A stretch of DNA of 64,000 nt from Azolla caroliniana (GCA_043228905.1 JBHGNT010000028.1:310001-374000); one strand, 5' to 3'. Shown: positions 26,620 to 41,900, counted from the first letter of the stretch. Program-made: numbers and translations. The notes: generated by a model from the sequence alone, not told the origin.

Positions 26620-29600
26620 TCAAGGGCTCCTCTCAACTCCCTGCTCATGTTTGCTAATTTCGTCATGTCTCTCGACGTGAGTTTCAAAATCTTGATTTTT
26701 TAATTCCATATCATAGCTAGCGTTGTTAGCTTCGATTCGCATGTTTGAACACAAAAATCCGATATCACACTCGCCAGATATGAACATTTTAATTTACCTA
26801 GCAGCTCTTCCCAACTCACTCCTCAAATTTGCTAATTTCGTCATGTCTCTCGACCTGCGTTTCAAAATCTTCATTTTTTAATTCCATATCATAGCTACCG
26901 TTGTGAGCTTCCATTCGCATGTTTGAACACAAAAAACCGATATCACACTCACCAGATATGAACATTTTAATTTACCTACTAGCTCTTCCCAACTCCCTCC
27001 TCATGTTGCTAATTTCGTCATGTCTCTCGACCTGAGTTTCAAAATCTTGATTTTGTTAATTCCATATCATAGCTAGCGTTGTTAGCTTCAATTCACATGT
27101 TTGAACACAAAAATCCGATATCACACTCGCCAGATATGAACATTTTAATTTACCTACTAGCTCTTCCCAACTACCTGCTCATGTTGCTAATTTCGTCATG
27201 TCTCTCGACCTGAGTTTCAAAATCTTGATTTTTTAATTCCATATCGTAGCTAGCGTTGTTAGCTTCAATTCGCATGTTTGAACACAAAAATCCGATATCA
27301 CACTCGCCAGATATGAACATTTTAATTTACCTACTAGCTCTTCCCAACTACCTGCTCATGTTGCTAATTTCGTCATGTCTCTCGACCTGAGTTTCAAAAT
27401 CTTGATTTTTTAATTCCATATCGTAGCTAGCGTTGTTAGCTTCAATTCGCATGTTTGAACACAAAAATCCGATATCACACTCGCCAGATATGAACATTTT
27501 AATTTACCTACTAGCTCTTCCCAACTCCCTCCTCATGTTGCTAATTTCGTGATGTCTCTCGACCTGAGTTTCAAAATCTTGATTTTGTTAATTCCATATC
27601 ATAGCTAGCGTTGTTAGCTTCGATTGGCATGTTTGAACACAAACATCCGATATCACACGAGCCAGGTATGATCATTTTAATTTACTCAAGGGCTCTTCTC
27701 AACTCCCTCGTCAAGGTTGCTAATTTCGTCATGTCTCTCGACCTGAGTTTCAAAATCTTGATTTTTTAATTCCATATCATATCTAGCGTTGTTAGCTTCG
27801 ATTCGCATGTTTGAACACAAAAAACCGATATCACACTCACCAGATATGAACATTTTAATTTACCTACTAGCTCTTCCCAACTCACTCCTCATGTTGCTAA
27901 TTTCGTCATGTCTCTCGACCTGAGTTTCAAAATCTTGATTTTTTAATTCCATATCATAGCTACCGTTGTTAGCTTCCATTCGCATCTTTGAACACAAAAA
28001 ACCGATATCACACTCACCAGATATGAACATTTTAATTTACCTACTAGCTCTTCCCAACTCACTCCTCATGTTGCTAATTTCGTCATGTCTCTCGACCTGA
28101 GTTTCAAAATCTTGATTTTTTAATTCCATATCATAGCTAGCGTTGTAAGCTTCGATTCACATGTTTGAACACAAAAATCCGATATCACACTAGCCAGGTA
28201 TGAACATTTTAATTTACCTACTAGATCTTCCCAACTCCCTCCTCATGTTGCTAATTTCGTGATGTCTCTCGACCTGAGTTTCAAAATCTTGATTTTGTTA
28301 ATTCCATATCATAGCTAGCGTTGTAAGCTTGGATTCACATGTTTGAACACAAAAATCCGATATCACACTCGCCAGTTATGAACATTTTAATTTACCTACT
28401 AGCTCTTCCCAACTCCCTCCTCATGTTGCTAATTTCGTGATGTCTCTCGACCTGAGTTTCAAAATCTTAATTTTTTAATTCCATATCGTAGCTAGCGTTG
28501 TTAGCTTCGATTCACATGTTTGAACACAAAAATCCGATATCACACGAGCCAGGTATGAAAATTTTAATTTACTCAAGGGCTCCTCTCAACTCCCTGCTCA
28601 TGTTTGCTAATTTCGTCATGTCTCTCGACGTGAGTTTCAAAATCTTGATTTTTTAATTCCATATCATAGCTAGCGTTGTTAGCTTCGATTCGCATGTTTG
28701 AACACAAAAATCCGATATCACACTCGCCAGATATGAACATTTTAATTTACCTAGCAGCTCTTCCCAACTCACTCCTCAAATTTGCTAATTTCGTCATGTC
28801 TCTCGACCTGCGTTTCAAAATCTTCATTTTTTAATTCCATATCATAGCTACCGTTGTGAGCTTCCATTCGCATGTTTGAACACAAAAAACCGATATCACA
28901 CTCACCAGATATGAACATTTTAATTTACCTACTAGCTCTTCCCAACTCCCTCCTCATGTTGCTAATTTCGTGATGTCTCTCGACCTGAGTTTCAAAATCT
29001 TGATTTTGTTAATTCCATATCATAGCTAGCGTTGTTAGCTTCAATTCACATGTTTGAACACAAAAATCCGATATCACACTCGCCAGATATGAACATTTTA
29101 ATTTACCTACTAGCTCTTCCCAACTACCTGCTCATGTTGCTAATTTCGTCATGTCTCTCGACCTGAGTTTCAAAATCTTGATTTTTTAATTCCATATCGT
29201 AGCTAGCGTTGTTAGCTTCAATTCGCATGTTTGAACACAAAAATCCGATATCACACTCGCCAGATATGAACATTTTAATTTACCTACTAGCTCTTCCCAA
29301 CTCCCTCCTCATGTTGCTAATTTCGTGATGTCTCTCGACCTGAGTTTCAAAATCTTGATTTTGTTAATTCCATATCATAGCTAGCGTTGTTAGCTTCGAT
29401 TGGCATGTTTGAACACAAACATCCGATATCACACGAGCCAGGTATGATCATTTTAATTTACTCAAGGGCTCTTCTCAACTCCCTCGTCAAGGTTGCTAAT
29501 TTCGTCATGTCTCTCGACCTGAGTTTCAAAATCTTGATTTTTTAATTCCATATCATATCTAGCGTTGTTAGCTTCGATTCGCATGTTTGAACACAAAAAA

Positions 29601-32600
29601 CCGATATCACACTCACCAGATATGAACATTTTAATTTACCTACTAGCTCTTCCCAACTCACTCCTCATGTTGCTAATTTCGTCATGTCTCTCGACCTGAG
29701 TTTCAAAATCTTGATTTTTTAATTCCATATCATAGCTACCGTTGTTAGCTTCCATTCGCATCTTTGAACACAAAAAACCGATATCACACTCACCAGATAT
29801 GAACATTTTAATTTACCTACTAGCTCTTCCCAACTCACTCCTCATGTTGCTAATTTCGTCATGTCTCTCGACCTGAGTTTCAAAATCTTGATTTTTTAAT
29901 TCCATATCATAGCTAGCGTTGTAAGCTTCGATTCACATGTTTGAACACAAAAATCCGATATCACACTAGCCAGGTATGAACATTTTAATTTACCTACTAG
30001 ATCTTCCCAACTCCCTCCTCATGTTGCTAATTTCGTGATGTCTCTCGACCTGAGTTTCAAAATCTTGATTTTGTTAATTCCATATCATAGCTAGCGTTGT
30101 AAGCTTGGATTCACATGTTTGAACACAAAAATCCGATATCACACTCGCCAGTTATGAACATTTTAATTTACCTACTAGCTCTTCCCAACTCCCTCCTCAT
30201 GTTGCTAATTTCGTGATGTCTCTCGACCTGAGTTTCAAAATCTTAATTTTTTAATTCCATATCGTAGCTAGCGTTGTTAGCTTCGATTCACATGTTTGAA
30301 CACAAAAATCCGATATCACACGAGCCAGGTATGAACATTTTAATTTACTCAAGGGCTCCTCTCAACTCCCTGCTCATGTTTGCTAATTTCGTCATGTCTC
30401 TCGACGTGAGTTTCAAAATCTTGATTTTTTAATTCCATATCATAGCTAGCGTTGTTAGCTTCGATTCGCATGTTTGAACACAAAAATCCGATATCACACT
30501 CGCCAGATATGAACATTTTAATTTACCTAGCAGCTCTTCCCAACTCACTCCTCAAATTTGCTAATTTCGTCATGTCTCTCGACCTGCGTTTCAAAATCTT
30601 CATTTTTTAATTCCATATCATAGCTACCGTTGTGAGCTTCCATTCGCATGTTTGAACACAAAAAACCGATATCACACTCACCAGATATGAACATTTTAAT
30701 TTACCTACTAGCTCTTCCCAACTCCCTCCTCATGTTGCTAATTTCGTGATGTCTCTCGACCTGAGTTTCAAAATCTTGATTTTGTTAATTCCATATCATA
30801 GCTAGCGTTGTTAGCTTCAATTCACATGTTTGAACACAAAAATCCGATATCACACTCGCCAGATATGAACATTTTAATTTACCTACTAGCTCTTCCCAAC
30901 TACCTGCTCATGTTGCTAATTTCGTCATGTCTCTCGACCTGAGTTTCAAAATCTTGATTTTTTAATTCCATATCGTAGCTAGCGTTGTTAGCTTCAATTC
31001 GCATGTTTGAACACAAAAATCCGATATCACACTCGCCAGATATGAACATTTTAATTTACCTACTAGCTCTTCCCAACTACCTGCTCATGTTGCTAATTTC
31101 GTCATGTCTCTCGACCTGAGTTTCAAAATCTTGATTTTTTAATTCCATATCGTAGCTAGCGTTGTTAGCTTCAATTCGCATGTTTGAACACAAAAATCCG
31201 ATATCACACTCGCCAGATATGAACATTTTAATTTACCTACTAGCTCTTCCCAACTCCCTCCTCATGTTGCTAATTTCGTGATGTCTCTCGACCTGAGTTT
31301 CAAAATCTTGATTTTGTTAATTCCATATCATAGCTAGCGTTGTTAGCTTCGATTGGCATGTTTGAACACAAACATCCGATATCACACGAGCCAGGTATGA
31401 TCATTTTAATTTACTCAAGGGCTCTTCTCAACTCCCTCGTCAAGGTTGCTAATTTCGTCATGTCTCTCGACCTGAGTTTCAAAATCTTGATTTTTTAATT
31501 CCATATCATATCTAGCGTTGTTAGCTTCGATTCGCATGTTTGAACACAAAAAACCGATATCACACTCACCAGATATGAACATTTTAATTTACCTACTAGC
31601 TCTTCCCAACTCACTCCTCATGTTGCTAATTTCGTCATGTCTCTCGACCTGAGTTTCAAAATCTTGATTTTTTAATTCCATATCATAGCTACCGTTGTTA
31701 GCTTCCATTCGCATGTTTGAACACAAAAAACCGATATCACACTCACCAGATATGAACATTTTAATTTACCTACTAGCTCTTCCCAACTCACTCCTCATGT
31801 TGCTAATTTCGTCATGTCTCTCGACCTGAGTTTCAAAATCTTGATTTTTTAATTCCATATCATAGCTACCGTTGTTAGCTTCCATTCGCATCTTTGAACA
31901 CAAAAAACCGATATCACACTCACCAGATATGAACATTTTAATTTACCTACTAGCTCTTCCCAACTCACTCCTCATGTTGCTAATTTCGTCATGTCTCTCG
32001 ACCTGAGTTTCAAAATCTTGATTTTTTAATTCCATATCATAGCTAGCGTTGTAAGCTTCGATTCACATGTTTGAACACAAAAATCCGATATCACACTAGC
32101 CAGGTATGAACATTTTAATTTACCTACTAGATCTTCCCAACTCCCTCCTCATGTTGCTAATTTCGTGATGTCTCTCGACCTGAGTTTCAAAATCTTGATT
32201 TTGTTAATTCCATATCATAGCTAGCGTTGTAAGCTTGGATTCACATGTTTGAACACAAAAATCCGATATCACACTCGCCAGTTATGAACATTTTAATTTA
32301 CCTACTAGCTCTTCCCAACTCCCTCCTCATGTTGCTAATTTCGTGATGTCTCTCGACCTGAGTTTCAAAATCTTAATTTTTTAATTCCATATCGTAGCTA
32401 GCGTTGTTAGCTTCGATTCACATGTTTGAACACAAAAATCCGATATCACACGAGCCAGGTATGAAAATTTTAATTTACTCAAGGGCTCCTCTCAACTCCC
32501 TGCTCATGTTTGCTAATTTCGTCATGTCTCTCGACGTGAGTTTCAAAATCTTGATTTTTTAATTCCATATCATAGCTAGCGTTGTTAGCTTCGATTCGCA

Positions 32601-35600
32601 TGTTTGAACACAAAAATCCGATATCACACTCGCCAGATATGAACATTTTAATTTACCTAGCAGCTCTTCCCAACTCACTCCTCAAATTTGCTAATTTCGT
32701 CATGTCTCTCGACCTGCGTTTCAAAATCTTCATTTTTTAATTCCATATCATAGCTACCGTTGTGAGCTTCCATTCGCATGTTTGAACACAAAAAACCGAT
32801 ATCACACTCACCAGATATGAACATTTTAATTTACCTACTAGCTCTTCCCAACTCCCTCCTCATGTTGCTAATTTCGTGATGTCTCTCGACCTGAGTTTCA
32901 AAATCTTGATTTTGTTAATTCCATATCATAGCTAGCGTTGTTAGCTTCAATTCACATGTTTGAACACAAAAATCCGATATCACACTCGCCAGATATGAAC
33001 ATTTTAATTTACCTACTAGCTCTTCCCAACTACCTGCTCATGTTGCTAATTTCGTCATGTCTCTCGACCTGAGTTTCAAAATCTTGATTTTTTAATTCCA
33101 TATCGTAGCTAGCGTTGTTAGCTTCAATTCGCATGTTTGAACACAAAAATCCGATATCACACTCGCCAGATATGAACATTTTAATTTACCTACTAGCTCT
33201 TCCCAACTCCCTCCTCATGTTGCTAATTTCGTGATGTCTCTCGACCTGAGTTTCAAAATCTTGATTTTGTTAATTCCATATCATAGCTAGCGTTGTTAGC
33301 TTCGATTGGCATGTTTGAACACAAACATCCGATATCACACGAGCCAGGTATGATCATTTTAATTTACTCAAGGGCTCTTCTCAACTCCCTCGTCAAGGTT
33401 GCTAATTTCGTCATGTCTCTCGACCTGAGTTTCAAAATCTTGATTTTTTAATTCCATATCATATCTAGCGTTGTTAGCTTCGATTCGCATGTTTGAACAC
33501 AAAAAACCGATATCACACTCACCAGATATGAACATTTTAATTTACCTACTAGCTCTTCCCAACTCACTCCTCATGTTGCTAATTTCGTCATGTCTCTCGA
33601 CCTGAGTTTCAAAATCTTGATTTTTTAATTCCATATCATAGCTACCGTTGTTAGCTTCCATTCGCATCTTTGAACACAAAAAACCGATATCACACTCACC
33701 AGATATGAACATTTTAATTTACCTACTAGCTCTTCCCAACTCACTCCTCATGTTGCTAATTTCGTCATGTCTCTCGACCTGAGTTTCAAAATCTTGATTT
33801 TTTAATTCCATATCATAGCTAGCGTTGTAAGCTTCGATTCACATGTTTGAACACAAAAATCCGATATCACACTAGCCAGGTATGAACATTTTAATTTACC
33901 TACTAGATCTTCCCAACTCCCTCCTCATGTTGCTAATTTCGTGATGTCTCTCGACCTGAGTTTCAAAATCTTGATTTTGTTAATTCCATATCATAGCTAG
34001 CGTTGTAAGCTTGGATTCACATGTTTGAACACAAAAATCCGATATCACACTCGCCAGTTATGAACATTTTAATTTACCTACTAGCTCTTCCCAACTCCCT
34101 CCTCATGTTGCTAATTTCGTGATGTCTCTCGACCTGAGTTTCAAAATCTTAATTTTTTAATTCCATATCGTAGCTAGCGTTGTTAGCTTCGATTCACATG
34201 TTTGAACACAAAAATCCGATATCACACGAGCCAGGTATGAACATTTTAATTTACTCAAGGGCTCCTCTCAACTCCCTGCTCATGTTTGCTAATTTCGTCA
34301 TGTCTCTCGACGTGAGTTTCAAAATCTTGATTTTTTAATTCCATATCATAGCTAGCGTTGTTAGCTTCGATTCGCATGTTTGAACACAAAAATCCGATAT
34401 CACACTCGCCAGATATGAACATTTTAATTTACCTAGCAGCTCTTCCCAACTCACTCCTCAAATTTGCTAATTTCGTCATGTCTCTCGACCTGCGTTTCAA
34501 AATCTTCATTTTTTAATTCCATATCATAGCTACCGTTGTGAGCTTCCATTCGCATGTTTGAACACAAAAAACCGATATCACACTCACCAGATATGAACAT
34601 TTTAATTTACCTACTAGCTCTTCCCAACTCCCTCCTCATGTTGCTAATTTCGTGATGTCTCTCGACCTGAGTTTCAAAATCTTGATTTTGTTAATTCCAT
34701 ATCATAGCTAGCGTTGTTAGCTTCAATTCACATGTTTGAACACAAAAATCCGATATCACACTCGCCAGATATGAACATTTTAATTTACCTACTAGCTCTT
34801 CCCAACTACCTGCTCATGTTGCTAATTTCGTCATGTCTCTCGACCTGAGTTTCAAAATCTTGATTTTTTAATTCCATATCGTAGCTAGCGTTGTTAGCTT
34901 CAATTCGCATGTTTGAACACAAAAATCCGATATCACACTCGCCAGATATGAACATTTTAATTTACCTACTAGCTCTTCCCAACTCCCTCCTCATGTTGCT
35001 AATTTCGTGATGTCTCTCGACCTGAGTTTCAAAATCTTGATTTTGTTAATTCCATATCATAGCTAGCGTTGTTAGCTTCGATTGGCATGTTTGAACACAA
35101 ACATCCGATATCACACGAGCCAGGTATGATCATTTTAATTTACTCAAGGGCTCTTCTCAACTCCCTCGTCAAGGTTGCTAATTTCGTCATGTCTCTCGAC
35201 CTGAGTTTCAAAATCTTGATTTTTTAATTCCATATCATATCTAGCGTTGTTAGCTTCGATTCGCATGTTTGAACACAAAAAACCGATATCACACTCACCA
35301 GATATGAACATTTTAATTTACCTACTAGCTCTTCCCAACTCACTCCTCATGTTGCTAATTTCGTCATGTCTCTCGACCTGAGTTTCAAAATCTTGATTTT
35401 TTAATTCCATATCATAGCTACCGTTGTTAGCTTCCATTCGCATCTTTGAACACAAAAAACCGATATCACACTCACCAGATATGAACATTTTAATTTACCT
35501 ACTAGCTCTTCCCAACTCACTCCTCATGTTGCTAATTTCGTCATGTCTCTCGACCTGAGTTTCAAAATCTTGATTTTTTAATTCCATATCATAGCTAGCG

Positions 35601-35900
35601 TTGTAAGCTTCGATTCACATGTTTGAACACAAAAATCCGATATCACACTCGCCAGGTATGAACATTTTAATTTACCTACTAGATCTTCCCAACTCCCTCC
35701 TCATGTTGCTAATTTCGTGATGTCTCTCGACCTGAGTTTCAAAATCTTGATTTTGTTAATTCCATATCATAGCTAGCGTTGTAAGCTTGGATTCACATGT
35801 TTGAACACAAAAATCCGATATCACACTCGCCAGTTATGAACATTTTAATTTACCTACTAGCTCTTCCCAACTCCCTCCTCATGTTGCTAATTTCGTGATG
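26620..35900. repeat. 10-12-monomer HOR array, first run (units of 1953, 1776, 2130 and 1776 bp, plus a partial unit)
   Basis: The marker CAAGGGCTCCTCTC occurs at 26621, 28574, 30350, 32480 and 34256. The variant AGATCT occurs at 28223, 29999, 32129, 33905 and 35681. Confidence 0.92.
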
Positions 35901-38900
35901 TCTCTCGACCTGAGTTTCAAAATCTTGATTTTGTTAATTCCATATCATAGCTAGCGTTGTTAGCTTCGATTCACATGTTTGAACACAAAAATCCGATATC
36001 ACACTCGCCAGATATGAACATTTTAATTTACCTACTAGCTCTTCCCAACTACCTGCTCATGTTGCTAATTTCGTCATGTCTCTCGACCTGAGTTTCAAAA
36101 TCTTGATTTTTTAATTCCATATCATAGCTAGCGTTGTTAGCTTCGATTCGCATGTTTGAACACAAAAATCCGATATCACACTCGCCAGATATGAACATTT
36201 TAATTTACCTACTAGCTCTTCCCAACTCACTCCTCATGTTGCTAATTTCGTCATGTCTCAGGACCTGAGTTTCAAAATCTTGATTTTTTAATTCCATATC
36301 ATAGCTAGCGTTGTAAGCTTCGATTCACATGTTTGAACACAAAAATCCGATATGACACTCGCCAGTTATGAACATTTTAATTTACCTAGTAGCTCTTCCC
36401 AACTCCCTCCTCATGTTGCTAATTTCGTCATGTCTCTCGACCTGAGTTTCAAAATCTTTATTTTTTAATTCCATATCATAGCTAGCGTTGTAAGCTTCGA
36501 TTCACATGTTTGAACACAAAAATCCGATATGACACTCGCCAGTTATGAACATTTTAATTTACCTAGTAGCTCTTCCCAACTCCCTCCTCATGTTGCTAAT
36601 TTCGTCATGTCTCTCGACCTGAGTTTCAAAATCTTGATTTTGTTAATTCCATATCATAGCTAGCGTTGTTAGCTTCGATTGGCATGTTTGAACACAAAAA
36701 TCCGATATCACACGTGCCAGGTATGATCATTTTAATTTACTCAAGGGCTCTTCTCAACTCCCTCGTCAAGGTTGCTAAATTCGTCATGTCTCTCGACCTG
36801 AGTTTCAAAATCTTGATTTTTTCATTCCATATCATAGCTAGCGTTGTTAGCTTCGATTCGCATGTTTGAACACAAAAAACCGATATCACACTCACCAGAT
36901 ATGAACATTTTAATTTACCTAGCAGCTCTTCCCAACTCACTCCTCAAATTTGGGAATTTCGTCATATCTCTCGACCTGAGTTTCAAAATCTTGATTTTTT
37001 AATTCCATATCATAGCTAGCGTTGTTAGCTTCGATTCGCATGTTTGAACACAAAAATCCGATATCACACTCGCCAGATATGAACATTTTAATTTACCTAG
37101 CAGCTCTTCCCAACTCACTCCTCAAATTTGCTAATTTCGTCATGTCTCTCGACCTGCGTTTCAAAATCTTCATTTTTTAATTCCATATCATAGCTACCGT
37201 TGTGAGCTTCCATTCGCATGTTTGAACACAAAAAACCGATATCACACTCACCAGATATGAACATTTTAATTTACCTACTAGCTCTTCCCAACTCCCTCCT
37301 CATGTTGCTAATTTCGTGATGTCTCTCGACCTGAGTTTCAAAATCTTGATTTTGTTAATTCCATATCATAGCTAGCGTTGTTAGCTTCAATTCACATGTT
37401 TGAACACAAAAATCCGATATCACACTCGCCAGATATGAACATTTTAATTTACCTACTAGCTCTTCCCAACTACCTGCTCATGTTGCTAATTTCGTCATGT
37501 CTCTCGACCTGAGTTTCAAAATCTTGATTTTTTAATTCCATATCGTAGCTAGCGTTGTTAGCTTCAATTCGCATGTTTGAACACAAAAATCCGATATCAC
37601 ACTCGCCAGATATGAACATTTTAATTTACCTACTAGCTCTTCCCAACTCCCTCCTCATGTTGCTAATTTCCTGATGTCTCTCGACCTGAGTTTCAAAATC
37701 TTGATTTTGTTAATTCCATATCATAGCTAGCGTTGTTAGCTTCGATTGGCATGTTTGAACACAAACATCCGATATCACACGAGCCAGGTATGATCATTTT
37801 AATTTACTCAAGGGCTCTTCTCAACTCCCTCGTCAAGGTTGCTAATTTCGTCATGTCTCTCGACCTGAGTTTCAAAATCTTGATTTTTTCATTCCATATC
37901 ATAGCTAGCGTTGTTAGCTTCGATTCGCATGTTTGAACACAAAAAACCGATATCACACTCACCAGATATGAACATTTTAATTTACCTACTAGCTCTTCCC
38001 AACTCACTCCTCATGTTGCTAATTTCGTCATGTCTCTCGACCTGAGTTTCAAAATCTTGTTTTTTTAATTCCATATCATAGCTAGCGTTGTAAGCTTCGA
38101 TTCACATGTTTGAACACAAAAATCCGATATCACACTCGCCAGTTATGAACATTTTAATTTACCTACTAGCTCTTTCCAACTCCCTCCTCATGTTGCTAAT
38201 TTCGTGATGTCTCTCGACCTGAGTTTCAAAATCTTGATTTTTTCATTCCATATCATAGCTAGCGTTGTTAGCTTCGATTCGCATGTTTGAACACAAAAAA
38301 CCCATATCACACTCACCAGATATGAACATTTTAATTTACCTAGCAGCTCTTCCCAACTCACTCCTCAAATTTGCTAATTTCGTCATGTCTCTCGACCTGC
38401 GTTTCAAAATCTTCGTTTTTTAATTCCATATCATAGCTACTGTTGTGAGCTTCCATTCGCATGTTTGAACACAAAAACCGATATCACACTCACCAGATAT
38501 GAACATTTTAATTTACCTACTAGCTCTTCCCAACTCCCTCCTCATGTTGCTAATTTCGTGATGTCTCTCGACCTGAGTTTCAAAATCTTGATTTTGTTAA
38601 TTCCATATCATAGCTAGCGTTGTTAGCTTCAATTCACATGTTTGAACACAAAAATCCGATATCACACTCGCCAGATATGAACATTTTAATTTACCTACTA
38701 GCTCTTCCCAACTACCTGCTCATGTTGCTAATTTCGTCATGTCTCTCGACGTGAGTTTCAAAATCTTGATTTTTTAATTCCATATCGTAGCTAGCGTTGT
38801 TAGCTTCAATTCGCATGTTTGAACACAAAAATCCGATATCACACTCGCCAGATATGAACATTTTAATTTACCTACTAGCTCTTCCCAACTCCCTCCTCAT

Positions 38901-41900
38901 GTTGCTAATTTCGTGATGTCTCTCGACCTGAGTTTCAAAATCTTGATTTTGTTAATTTCATATCATAGCTAGCGTTGTTAGCTTCGATTGGCATGTTTGA
39001 ACACAAAAATCCGATATCACACGAGCCAGGTATGATCATTTTAATTTACTCAAGGGCTCTTCTCAACTCCCTCGTCAAGGTTGCTAATTTCGTCATGTCT
39101 CTCGACCTGAGTTTCAAAATCTTGATTTTGTTAATTCCATATCATAGCTAGCGTTGTAAGCTTGGATTCACATGTTTGAACACAAAAATCCGATATCACA
39201 CTCGCCAGTTATGAACATTTTAATTTACCTACTAGCTCTTCCCAACTCCCTCCTCATGTTGCTAATTTCGTGATGTCTCTCGACCTGAGTTTCAAAATCT
39301 TAATTTTTTAATTCCATATCGTAGCTAGCGTTGTTAGCTTCGATTCACATGTTTGAACACAAAAATCCGATATCACACGAGCCAGGTATGAAAATTTTAA
39401 TTTACTCAAGGGCTCCTCTCAACTCCCTGCTCATGTTTGCTAATTTCGTCATGTCTCTCGACGTGAGTTTCAAAATCTTGATTTTTTAATTCCATATCAT
39501 AGCTAGCGTTGTTAGCTTCGATTCGCATGTTTGAACACAAAAATCCGATATCACACTCGCCAGATATGAACATTTTAATTTACCTAGCAGCTCTTCCCAA
39601 CTCACTCCTCAAATTTGCTAATTTCGTCATGTCTCTCGACCTGCGTTTCAAAATCTTCATTTTTTAATTCCATATCATAGCTACCGTTGTGAGCTTCCAT
39701 TCGCATGTTTGAACACAAAAAACCGATATCACACTCACCAGATATGAACATTTTAATTTACCTACTAGCTCTTCCCAACTCCCTCCTCATGTTGCTAATT
39801 TCGTGATGTCTCTCGACCTGAGTTTCAAAATCTTGATTTTGTTAATTCCATATCATAGCTAGCGTTGTTAGCTTCAATTCACATGTTTGAACACAAAAAT
39901 CCGATATCACACTCGCCAGATATGAACATTTTAATTTACCTACTAGCTCTTCCCAACTACCTGCTCATGTTGCTAATTTCGTCATGTCTCTCGACCTGAG
40001 TTTCAAAATCTTGATTTTTTAATTCCATATCGTAGCTAGCGTTGTTAGCTTCAATTCGCATGTTTGAACACAAAAATCCGATATCACACTCGCCAGATAT
40101 GAACATTTTAATTTACCTACTAGCTCTTCCCAACTCCCTCCTCATGTTGCTAATTTCGTGATGTCTCTCGACCTGAGTTTCAAAATCTTGATTTTGTTAA
40201 TTCCATATCATAGCTAGCGTTGTTAGCTTCGATTGGCATGTTTGAACACAAACATCCGATATCACACGAGCCAGGTATGATCATTTTAATTTACTCAAGG
40301 GCTCTTCTCAACTCCCTCGTCAAGGTTGCTAATTTCGTCATGTCTCTCGACCTGAGTTTCAAAATCTTGATTTTTTAATTCCATATCATATCTAGCGTTG
40401 TTAGCTTCGATTCGCATGTTTGAACACAAAAAACCGATATCACACTCACCAGATATGAACATTTTAATTTACCTACTAGCTCTTCCCAACTCACTCCTCA
40501 TGTTGCTAATTTCGTCATGTCTCTCGACCTGAGTTTCAAAATCTTGATTTTTTAATTCCATATCATAGCTACCGTTGTTAGCTTCCATTCGCATCTTTGA
40601 ACACAAAAAACCGATATCACACTCACCAGATATGAACATTTTAATTTACCTACTAGCTCTTCCCAACTCACTCCTCATGTTGCTAATTTCGTCATGTCTC
40701 TCGACCTGAGTTTCAAAATCTTGATTTTTTAATTCCATATCATAGCTAGCGTTGTAAGCTTCGATTCACATGTTTGAACACAAAAATCCGATATCACACT
40801 AGCCAGGTATGAACATTTTAATTTACCTACTAGATCTTCCCAACTCCCTCCTCATGTTGCTAATTTCGTGATGTCTCTCGACCTGAGTTTCAAAATCTTG
40901 ATTTTGTTAATTCCATATCATAGCTAGCGTTGTAAGCTTGGATTCACATGTTTGAACACAAAAATCCGATATCACACTCGCCAGTTATGAACATTTTAAT
41001 TTACCTACTAGCTCTTCCCAACTCCCTCCTCATGTTGCTAATTTCGTGATGTCTCTCGACCTGAGTTTCAAAATCTTAATTTTTTAATTCCATATCGTAG
41101 CTAGCGTTGTTAGCTTCGATTCACATGTTTGAACACAAAAATCCGATATCACACGAGCCAGGTATGAACATTTTAATTTACTCAAGGGCTCCTCTCAACT
41201 CCCTGCTCATGTTTGCTAATTTCGTCATGTCTCTCGACGTGAGTTTCAAAATCTTGATTTTTTAATTCCATATCATAGCTAGCGTTGTTAGCTTCGATTC
41301 GCATGTTTGAACACAAAAATCCGATATCACACTCGCCAGATATGAACATTTTAATTTACCTAGCAGCTCTTCCCAACTCACTCCTCAAATTTGCTAATTT
41401 CGTCATGTCTCTCGACCTGCGTTTCAAAATCTTCATTTTTTAATTCCATATCATAGCTACCGTTGTGAGCTTCCATTCGCATGTTTGAACACAAAAAACC
41501 GATATCACACTCACCAGATATGAACATTTTAATTTACCTACTAGCTCTTCCCAACTCCCTCCTCATGTTGCTAATTTCGTGATGTCTCTCGACCTGAGTT
41601 TCAAAATCTTGATTTTGTTAATTCCATATCATAGCTAGCGTTGTTAGCTTCAATTCACATGTTTGAACACAAAAATCCGATATCACACTCGCCAGATATG
41701 AACATTTTAATTTACCTACTAGCTCTTCCCAACTACCTGCTCATGTTGCTAATTTCGTCATGTCTCTCGACCTGAGTTTCAAAATCTTGATTTTTTAATT
41801 CCATATCGTAGCTAGCGTTGTTAGCTTCAATTCGCATGTTTGAACACAAAAATCCGATATCACACTCGCCAGATATGAACATTTTAATTTACCTACTAGC

